A stretch of 64,000 bases of DNA from Eledone cirrhosa (Eukaryota), in assembly GCA_964016885.1 (NCBI GenBank), contig OZ024741.1, forward strand, positions 258,540,001 to 258,604,000, written 5' to 3'. A program made the position numbers and the translations under genes. Shown piece after piece: positions 50,301-60,099 of the stretch. Below the pieces are notes generated by a model that ran no database searches, had not been told where the DNA came from, and saw nothing but the letters and a program-made list of their open reading frames with translations. Positions within the stretch are counted from its first letter, which is position 1. The number at the start of each line of letters is the position of its first letter.

Positions 50301-53300
50301 TATTGCTGTTGTTGCTATTTTCTATGTCAGTGCCAGTGTTGTTGTTGCTGTTGTTGCTGTTTTCTGTGTCAGTGTTGTTGCTGTTTCTGTTTTCTCTGTC
50401 AGTGCCAGTGTTGTTGTAGTTGTTGCTGTTTTCTCTGTCAGTGCCAGTGTTGTTGTAGTTGTTGCTGTTTTCTGTGTCAGTGCCGGTGTTGTTGTTGTTG
50501 CTGTTTTCTCTGTCAGTGCCAGTGTTGTTGTTGTTGCTGTTTTCTCTGTCAGTGCCAGTGTTGTTGTTGTTGCTGTTTTCTGTGTCAGTGCCAGTGTTGT
50601 TGTTGTTGCTGTTTTCTGTGTCAGTGCCAGTGTTGTTGTAGTTGTTGCTGTTTTCTGTGTCAGTGCCAGTGTTGTTGTAGTTGTTGCTGTTTCCTGTGTC
50701 AGTGCCAGTGTTGTTGTAGTTGTTGCTGTTTTCTCTGTGAGTGCCGGTGTTGTTGTAGTTGTTGCTGTTTTCTTTGTCAGTGCCAGTGTTGTTGTTGTTG
50801 CTGTTTTCTCTGTCAGTGCCAGTGTTGTAGTTGTTGCTGTTTTCTCTGTCAGTGCCAGTGTTGTTGTTGTTGTTGCTGTTTTCTCTCTCAGTGCCAGTGT
50901 TGTTGTTGTTGCTATTTTCACTGTCAGTGCCAGTGTTGTTGTTGTTGTTGCTATTTTCACTGTCAGTGCCAGTGTTGTTGTTGTTACTGTTGCTGTTTTC
51001 TGTGTCAGTGACAGTGTTGTTGTTGTTACTGTTGCTGTTTTCTGTGCCAGTGCCAGTGTTATTGTTGCTGTTGTTGCTGTTTTGTCTGTCAGTGCCAGTG
51101 TTGTAGTTGTTGCTGTTTTCTCTGTCAGTGCCAGTGTTGTTGTAGTTGTTGCTGTTTTCTGTGTCAGTGCCAGTGTTGTTGTTGTTGCTGTTTTCTGTGT
51201 CAGTGCCAGTGTTGTTGTTGTTGCTGTTTTCACTGTCAGTGCCAGTGTTGTTGCTGTTGCTGTTTTCTCTGTCAGTGCCAGTGATGTTGTAGTTGTTGCT
51301 GTTTTCTGTGTTAGTGCCAGTGTTGTTGTAGTTGTTGCTGTTTTCTTTGTCAGTGCCAGTGTTGTTGCTGTTGCTGTTTTCTCTGTCAGTGCCAGTGTTG
51401 TTGTAGTTGTTGCTGCTTTCTCTGTCAGTGCCAGTGTTGTAGTTGTTTCTGTTTTCTGTGTCAGTGCCAGTGTTGTTGTTGTTGCTGTTTTCTCTGTCAG
51501 TGCCAGTGTTGTTGTAGTTGTTGCTGTTTTCTGTGTCAGTGCCACTGTTGTTGTTGCTGTTTTCTGTGTCTGTGCCAGTGTTGTTGTTGTTGCTGTTTTC
51601 TCTGTCAGTGCCAGTGTTGTTGTTGGTGTTTTCTCTGTCAGTGCCAGTGTTGTTGTTGTTGCTGTTTTCTGTGTCAGTGCCAGTGTTGTTGTAGTTGTTG
51701 CTGTTTTCTGTGTCAGTGCCAGTGTTGTTGTAGTTGTTGCTGTTTTCTGTGTCAGTACCGGTGTTGTTGTAGTTGTTGCTGTTTTCTGTGTCAGTGCCAG
51801 TGTTGTTGTAGTTGTTGCTGTTTTCTCTGTCAGTGCCAGTGTTCTTGTTGTTGCTGTTTTCTCTGTCAGTGCCAGTGTTTTTGTTGTTGCTGTTTTCTGT
51901 GTCAGTGCCAGTGTGTTTGTTGTTGCTGTTTTCTGTGTCAGTGCCAGTGTTGTTGTAGTTGTTGCTGTTTTCTGTGTCAGTGCCAGTGTTGTTGTAGTTG
52001 TTGCTTTTTTCAGTGTCAGTGCCAGTGTTGTTGTAGTTGTTGCTGTTTTCTCTGTCAGTGCCAGTTTTGTTGTAGTTGTTGCTGTTTTCTGTGTCAGTGC
52101 CAGTGTTGTTGTAGTTGTTGCTGTTTTCTTTGTCAGTGCCAGTGTTGTTGTTGTTGCTATTTTCTCTGTCAGTGCCAGTGTTGTAGTTGTTGCTGTTTTC
52201 TCTGTCAGTGCCAGTGTTGTTGTTGTTGTTGCTGTTTTCTCTGTCAGTGCCAGTGTTGTTGTTGTTGCTATTTTCACTGTCAGTGCCAGTGTTGTTGTTG
52301 TTGCTATTTTCACTGTCAGTGCCAGTGTTGTTGTTGTTACTGTTGCTGTTTTCTGTGTCAGTGCCAGATTTGTTGTTGTTACTGTTGCTGTTTTCTGTGC
52401 CAGTGTTATTGTTGCTGTTGTTGCTGTTTTGTCTGTCAGTGCCAGTGTTGTAGTTGTTGCTGTTTTCTCTGTCAGTGCCAGTGTTGTAGTTGTTGCTGTT
52501 TTCTGTGTCAGTGCCAGTGTTGTTGTTGTTGCTGTTTTCTGTGTCAGTGCCAGTGTTGTTGTTGTTGCTATTTTCACTGTCAGTGCCAGTGTTGTTGCTG
52601 TTGCTGTTTTCTCTGTCAGTGCCAGTGATGTTGTAGTTATTGCTGTTTTCTGTGTCAGTGCCAGTGTTGTTGTAGTTGTTGCTGTTTTCTCTGTCAGTGC
52701 CAGTGTTGTTGTTGTTGCTGTTTTCTGTGTCAGTGCCAGTGTTGTTGTTGTTGCTGTTTTCTGTGTCTGCCAGTGTTGTTGTTGTTGCTGTTTTCTCTGT
52801 CAGTGCCAGTGTTGTTGTAGTTGTTGCTGTTTTCTCTGTCAGTGCCAGTGTTGTTGTAGTTGTTGCTGTTTTCTGTGTCAGTGCCGGTGTTGTTGTTGTT
52901 GCTGTTTTCTCTGTCAGTGCCAGTGTTGTTGTTGTTGCTGTTTTCTGTGTCAGTGCCAGTGTTGTTGTTGCTGTTTTCTGTGTCAGTGCCAGTGTTGTTG
53001 TTGTTGCTGTTTTCTGTGTCAGTGCCAGTGTTGTTGTAGTTGTTGCTGTTTTCTGTGTCAGTGCCAGTGTTGTTGTAGTTGTTGCTGTTTTCTCTGTCAG
53101 TGCCAGTGTTGTAGTTGTTGCTGTTTTCTCTGTCAGTGCCAGTGTTGTTGTAGTTGTTGCTGTTTTCTCTGTCAGTGCCAGTGTTGTAGTTGTTGCTGTT
53201 TTCTCTGTCAGTGCCAGTATTGTTGTAGTTGTTGCTGTTTTCTATGTCAGTGCCAGTGTTGTTGTTGTTGCTATTTTCACTGTCAGTGCCAGTGTTGTTG

Positions 53301-55221
53301 CTGTTGCTGTTTTCTCTGTCAGTGCCAGTGATGTTGTAGTTGTTGCTGTTTTCTGTGTTAGTGCCAGTGTTGTTGTAGTTGTTGCTGTTTTCTGTGTCAG
53401 TGCCAGTGTTGTTGCTGTTGCTGTTTTCTCTGTCAGTGCCAGTGTTGTTGTAGTTGTTGCTGCTTTCTCTGTCAGTGCCACTGTTGTTGTAGTTGTTGCT
53501 GTTTTCTGTGTCAGTGCCAGTGTTGTTGTTGTTGCTGTTTTCTCTGTCAATGCCAGTGTTGTTGTAGTTGTTGCTGTTTTCTTTGTCAGTGCCACTGTTG
53601 TTGTTGCTGTTTTCTGTGTCAGTGCCAGTGTTGTTGTTGTTGCTGTTTTCTCTGTCAGTGCCAGTGTTGTTGTTGTTGTTTTCTCTGTCAGTGCCAGTGT
53701 TGTTGTTGTTGCTGTTTTCTGTGTCAGTGCCATTGTTATTGCTGTTGTTGCTGTTTTCTGTGTCAGTGCCAGTGTTGTTGTTGCTGTTGTTGCTGTTTTC
53801 TGTGTCAGTGCCAGTGTTGTTGCTGTTGCTGTTTTCTCTGTCAGTGCCAGTGTTGTTGTAGTTGTTGCTGTTTTATCTGTCAGTGCCAGTGTTGTAGTTG
53901 TTGCTGTTTTCTGTGTCAGTGCCAGTGTTGTTGTTGTTGCTGTTTTCTCTGTCAGTGCCAGTGTTCTTGTAGTTGTTGCTGTTTTCTCTGTCAGTGCCAG
54001 TGTTGTTGTAGTTGTTGCTGTTTTCTGTGTCAGTTCCGGTGTTGTTGTTGTTGCTGTTTTCTCTGTCAGTTCCAGTGTTGTTGTTGTTGCTGTTTTCTGT
54101 GTCAGTGCCAGTGTTGTTGTTGTTGCTGTTTTCTGTGTCAGTGCCGGTGTTGTTGTTGTTGCTGTTTTCTCTGTCAGTGCCAGTGTTGTTGTTGTTGCTG
54201 TTTTCTGTGTCAGTGCCAGTGTTGTTGTTGCTGTTTTCTGTGTCAGTGCCAGTGTTGTTGTTGTTGCTGTTTTCTGTGTCAGTGCCAGTGTTGTTGTAGT
54301 TGTTGCTGTTTTCTGTGTCAGTGCCAGTGTTGTTGTAGTTGTTGCTGTTTTCTGTGTCAGTGCCAGTGTTGTTGTAGTTGTTGCTGTTTTCTCTGTCAGT
54401 GCCAGTGTTGTTGTAGTTGTTGCTGTTTTCTGTGTCAGTGCCAGTGTTGTTGTAGTTGTTGCTGTTTTCTCTTTCAGTGCCAGTGTTGTTGTAGTTGTTG
54501 CTGTTTTCTCTGTCGGTGCCAGTGTTGTTGTAGTTGTTGCTGTTTTCTGTGTCAGTGCCAGTGTTGTTGTTGCTGTTTTCTCTGTCAGTGCCAGTGTTGT
54601 TGTAGTTGTTGCTGTTTTCTGTGTCAGTGCCAGTGTTGTTGTAGTTGTTGCTGTTTTCTCTGTCAGTGCCAGTGTTGTTGTAGTTGTTGCTGTTTTCTGT
54701 GTCAGTGCCAGTGTTGTTGTTGTTGCTGGTTTCTCTGTCAGTGCCAGTGTTGTTGTAGTTGTTGCTGTTTTCTCTGTCTGTGCCAGTTTTGTTGTAGTTG
54801 TTGCTGTTTTCTGTGTCAGTGCCAGTGTTGTTGTAGTTGTTGCTGTTTTCTCTGTCAGTGCCAGTGTTGTTGTTGCTGTTTTCTCTGTCAGTGCCAGTGT
54901 TGTAGTTGTTGATGTTTTCTCTGTCAGTGCCAGTGTTGTAGTTGTTGATGTCTTCTCTGTCAGTGCCAGTGTTGTTGTTGTTGCTATTTTCACTGTCAGT
55001 GCCAGTGTTGTTGTTGTTGCTATTTTCACTGTCAGTGCCAGTGTTGTTGTTGTTGCTGTTTTCTGTGTCAGTGCCAGTGTTGTAGTTGTTGCTGTTTTCT
55101 GTGTCAGTGCCAGTGTTGTTGTTGTTACTGTTGCTGTTTTCTGTGTCAGTGCCAGTCTTGTTGTTGTTACTGTTGCTGTTTTCTGTGCCAGAGCCAGTGT
55201 TATTGTTGCTGTTGTTGCTGT

Positions 55222-58200
55222 TTTCTGTGTCAGTGCCACTGTTGTTGTTGCTGTTGTTGCTGTTTTCTGTTTCAGTGCCAGTGTTGTTGTTGCTGTTGTT
55301 GCTGTTTTCTGTGTCAGTGCCAGTGTTGTTGTTGCTGTTGTTGCTGTTTTCCGTGCCAGTGCTGTTGTAGTTGTTGCTGTTTTCTGTGTCAGTGCCAGTG
55401 TTCTTGCTGTTGCTGTTTTCTGTGTCAGTGCCAGTGTTGTTGTTGTTACTGTTGCTGTTTTCTGTGTCAGTTCCAGTGTTGTTGTTGCTGTTGCTGTTTT
55501 CTGTGCCAGTGCCAGTGTTATTGTTGCTGTTGTTGCTGTTTTCTCTGTCAGTGCCAGTGTTGTTGTAGTTGTTGCTGTTTTCTCTGTCAGTGCCAGTGTT
55601 GTTGTCGTTGTTGCTGTTTTCTGTGTCAGTGCCAGTGTTGTTGTAGTTGTTGCTGTTTTCTCTGTCAGTGACAGTGTTGTTGTTGTTGCTGCTTTCTCTG
55701 TCAGTGTCAGTGTTGTAGTTGTTGCTGTTTTCTCTGTCAGTGCCAGTGTTGTTGTTGTTGTTGCTGTTTTCTGTGTCAGTGCCAGTGTTGTTGTTGTTGC
55801 TGTTTTCTGTGTCAGTGCCAGTGTTGTTGTTGTTGCTGTTTTCTCTGTCAGTGCCAGTGTTGTTGCTGTTGCTATTTTCACTGTCAGTGAAAGTGTTGTT
55901 GTTGCTGTTTTCTGTGTCAGTGCCAGTGTTGTTGTTGTTGCTGTTTTCTGTGTCAGTGCCAGTGTTGTTGTTGTTACTGTTGCTGTTTTCTGTGTCAGTT
56001 CCAGTGTTGCTGTTGCTGTTTTCTGTGCCAGTGCCAGTGTTATTGTTGCTGTTGTTGCTGTTTTCTGTGTCAGTGCCACGGTTGTTGTTGCTGTTGTTGC
56101 TGTTTTCTGTGTCAGTGCCAGTGTTGTTGTTGCTGTTGTTGCTGTTTTCTGTGTCAGTGCCACTGTTGTTGTTGCTGTTGTTGCTGTTTTCCGTGCCAGT
56201 GTTGTTGTAGTTGTTGCTGTTTTCTGTGTCAGTGCCGGTGTTGTTGTTGTTGCTGTTTTCTGTGTCAGTGCCAGTGTTGTTGTAGTTGTTGCTGTTTTCT
56301 GTGTCAGTGCCAGTGTTGTTGTAGTTGTTGCTGTTTTCTGTGTCAGTGCCAGTGTTGTTGTAGTTGTTGCTGTTTTCTCTGTCAGTGCCAGTGTTGTTGT
56401 AGTTGTTGCTGTTTTCTCTGTCAGTGCCAGTGTTGTTGTAGTTGTTGCTGTTTTCTGTGTCAGTGCCAGTGTTGTTGTTGCTGTTTTCTCTGTCAGTGCC
56501 AGTGTTGTTGTAGTTGTTGCTGTTTTCTCTGTCAGTGCCAGTGTTGTTGTAGTTGTTGCTGTTTTCTCTGTCAGTGCCAGTGTTGTTGTAGTTGTTGCTG
56601 TTTTCTGTGTCAGTGCCAGTGTTGTTGTTGTTGCTGTTTTCTGTGTCAGTGCCAGTGTTGTTGTTGTTGCTATTTTCAATGTCAGTGCCAGTGTTGTTGC
56701 TGTTGCTGTTTTCTCTGTCAGTGCCAGTGATGTTGTAGTTGTTGCTGTTTTCTGTGTCAGTGCCAGTGTTGTAGTTGTTGATGTTTTCTCTGTCAGTGCC
56801 AGTGTTGTTGTTGTTGCTGTTTTCTGTGTCAGTGCCAGTGTTGTTATTGTTGCTGTTTTCTGTGTCAGTGCCAGTGTTGTTGTTGTTGCTGTTTTCTCTG
56901 TCAGTGCCAGTGTTGTTGTAGTTGTTGTTGTTTTCTCTGTCAGTGCCAGTGTTGTTGTAGTTGTTGCTGTTTTCTCTGTCAGTGCCAGTGTTGTTGTAGT
57001 TGTTGCTGTTTTCTGTGTCAGTGCCAGTGTTGTTGTAGTTGTTGCTGTTTTCTCTTTCAGTGCCAGTGTTGTTGTAGTTGTTGCTGTTTTCTCTGTCAGT
57101 GCCAGTGTTGTTGTAGTTGTTGCTGTTTTCTGTGTCAGTGCCGGTGTTGTTGCTGTTTTCTCTGTCAGTGCCAGTGTTGTTGTTGTTGCTGTTTTCTGTG
57201 TCAGTGCCAGTGTTGTTGTTGCTGTTTTCTGTGTCAGTGCCAGTGTTGTTGTTGTTGCTGTTTTCTGTGTCAGTGCCAGTGTTGTTGTAGTTGTTGCTGT
57301 TTTCTGTGTCAGTGCCAGTGTTGTTGTAGTTGTTGCTGTTTTCTGTGTCAGTGCCAGTGTTGTTGTAGTTGTTGCTGTTTTCTCTGTCAGTGCCAGTGTT
57401 GTTGTAGTTGTTGCTGTTTTCTGTGTCAGTGCCAGTGTTGTTGTAGTTGTTGCTGTTTTCTCTTTCAGTGCCAGTGTTGTTGTAGTTGTTGCTGTTTTCT
57501 CTGTCAGTGCCAGTGTTGTTGTAGTTGTTGCTGTTTTCTCTGTCAGTGCCAGTGTTGTTGTTGCTGTTTTCTGTGTCAGTGCCACTGTTGTTGTTGCTGT
57601 TGTTGCTGTTTTCTGTTTCAGTGCCAGTGTTGTTGTTGCTGTTGTTGCTGTTTTCTGTGTCAGTGCCAGTGTTGTTGTTGCTGTTGTTGCTGTTTTCCGT
57701 GCCAGTGTTGTTGTAGTTGTTGCTGTTTTCTGTGTCAGTGCCAGTGTTCTTGCTGTTGCTGTTTTCTGTGTCAGTGCCAGTGTTGTTGTTGTTACTGTTG
57801 CTGTTTTCTGTGTCAGTTCCAGTGTTGTTGTTGCTGTTGCTGTTTTCTGTGCCATTGCCAGTGTTATTGTTGCTGTTGTTGCTGTTTTCTCTGTCAGTGC
57901 CAGTGTTGTTGTAGTTGTTGCTGTTTTCTCTGTCAGTGCCAGTGTTGTTGTAGTTGTTGCTGTTTTCTGTGTCAGTGCCAGTGTTGTTGTAGTTGTTGCT
58001 GTTTTCTCTGTCAGTGACAGTGTTGTTGTTGTTGCTGCTTTCTCTGTCAGTGTCAGTGTTGTAGTTGTTGCTGTTTTCTCTGTCAGTGCCAGTGTTGTTG
58101 TTGTTGTTGCTGTTTTCTGTATCAGTGCCAGTGTTGTTGTTGTTGCTGTTTTCTGTGTCAGTGCCAGTGTTGTTGTTGTTGCTGTTTTCTCTGTCAGTGC

Positions 58201-59920
58201 CAGTGTTGTTGCTGTTGCTATTTTCACTGTCAGTGAAAGTGTTGTTGTTGCTGTTTTCTGTGTCAGTGCCAGTGTTGTTGTTGTTGCTGTTTTCTGTGTC
58301 AGTGCCAGTGTTGTTGTTGTTACTGTTGCTGTTTTCTGTGTCAGTTCCAGTGTTGCTGTTGCTGTTTTCTGTGCCAGTGCCAGTGTTATTGTTGCTGTTG
58401 TTGCTGTTTTCTGTGTCAGTGCCACGGTTGTTGTTGCTGTTGTTGCTGTTTTCTGTGTCAGTGCCAGTGTTGTTGTTGCTGTTGTTGCTGTTTTCTGTGT
58501 CAGTGCCACTGTTGTTGTTGCTGTTGTTGCTGTTTTCCGTGCCAGTGTTGTTGTAGTTGTTGCTGTTTTCTGTGTCAGTGCCGGTGTTGTTGTTGTTGCT
58601 GTTTTCTGTGTCAGTGCCAGTGTTGTTGTAGTTGTTGCTGTTTTCTGTGTCAGTGCCAGTGTTGTTGTAGTTGTTGCTGTTTTCTGTGTCAGTGCCAGTG
58701 TTGTTGTAGTTGTTGCTGTTTTCTCTGTCAGTGCCAGTGTTGTTGTAGTTGTTGCTGTTTTCTCTGTCAGTGCCAGTGTTGTTGTAGTTGTTGCTGTTTT
58801 CTGTGTCAGTGCCAGTGTTGTTGTTGCTGTTTTCTCTGTCAGTGCCAGTGTTGTTGTAGTTGTTGCTGTTTTCTCTGTCAGTGCCAGTGTTGTTGTAGTT
58901 GTTGCTGTTTTCTCTGTCAGTGCCAGTGTTGTTGTAGTTGTTGCTGTTTTCTGTGTCAGTGCCAGTGTTGTTGTTGTTGCTGTTTTCTGTGTCAGTGCCA
59001 GTGTTGTTGTTGTTGCTATTTTCAATGTCAGTGCCAGTGTTGTTGCTGTTGCTGTTTTCTCTGTCAGTGCCAGTGATGTTGTAGTTGTTGCTGTTTTCTG
59101 TGTCAGTGCCAGTGTTGTAGTTGTTGATGTTTTCTCTGTCAGTGCCAGTGTTGTTGTTGTTGCTGTTTTCTGTGTCAGTGCCAGTGTTGTTATTGTTGCT
59201 GTTTTCTGTGTCAGTGCCAGTGTTGTTGTTGTTGCTGTTTTCTCTGTCAGTGCCAGTGTTGTTGTAGTTGTTGTTGTTTTCTCTGTCAGTGCCAGTGTTG
59301 TTGTAGTTGTTGCTGTTTTCTCTGTCAGTGCCAGTGTTGTTGTAGTTGTTGCTGTTTTCTGTGTCAGTGCCAGTGTTGTTGTAGTTGTTGCTGTTTTCTC
59401 TTTCAGTGCCAGTGTTGTTGTAGTTGTTGCTGTTTTCTCTGTCAGTGCCAGTGTTGTTGTAGTTGTTGCTGTTTTCTGTGTCAGTGCCGGTGTTGTTGTT
59501 GCTGTTTTCTCTGTCAGTGCCAGTGTTGTTGTTGTTGCTGTTTTCTGTGTCAGTGCCAGTGTTGTTGTTGCTGTTTTCTGTGTCAGTGCCAGTGTTGTTG
59601 TTGTTGCTGTTTTCTGTGTCAGTGCCAGTGTTGTTGTAGTTGTTGCTGTTTTCTGTGTCAGTGCCAGTGTTGTTGTAGTTGTTGCTGTTTTCTGTGTCAG
59701 TGCCAGTGTTGTTGTAGTTGTTGCTGTTTTCTCTGTCAGTGCCAGTGTTGTTGTAGTTGTTGCTGTTTTCTGTGTCAGTGCCAGTGTTGTTGTAGTTGTT
59801 GCTGTTTTCTCTTTCAGTGCCAGTGTTGTTGTAGTTGTTGCTGTTTTCTCTGTCAGTGCCAGTGTTGTTGTAGTTGTTGCTGTTTTCTCTGTCAGTGCCA
59901 GTGTTGTTGTTGCTGTTTTC
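55222..59920 (+). repeat. Higher-order tandem duplication, period 2,346 bp (2,349 bp distally)
   Basis: TGTTTCAGT 55268/57614, CAGTGAAAGT 55885/58231. ORF starts 55371/57717 and 55719/58065. Confidence 0.93.
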
Positions 59921-60099
59921 TCTGTCAGTGCCAGTGTTGTTGTAGTTGTTGCTGTTTTCTGTGTCAGTGCCAGTGTTGTTGTAGTTGTTGCTGTTTTCTC
60001 TGTCAGTGCCAGTGTTGTTGTAGTTGTTGCTGTTTTCTGTGTCAGTGCCAGTGTTGTTGTTGTTGCTGTTTTCTCTGTCAGTGCCAGTGTTGTTGTAGT

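Larger units (their letters stand above)
34300..53640 (+). repeat. Long-range direct duplication of a ~6-kb block (about 34300-40400 and 47280-53640), offset 12,976-13,228 bp
   Basis: Private variants occur in the same order in both blocks: 2-bp deletion monomer 34401/47377, GTTTTAGTT 34953/48115, GTAGTAGTT 35451/48610, ACTGCTGCT 35643/48802, TTCCAGGG 35852/49011, GTTCTAGTT 36726/49933. Confidence 0.92.
6870..56240 (+). repeat. Distant direct copies of a ~4.3-kb block (about 6870-11200 and 51870-56240), offset ~45.0 kb
   Basis: Rows 7681-7860 and 52681-52860 are identical, including the GTGTCTGCC deletion. ORF starts pair as 7178/52187, 7676/52676, 8565/53568, 9009/54012, 10047/55086, 10680/55719 (offsets 45,000-45,039). 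Confidence 0.85.
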
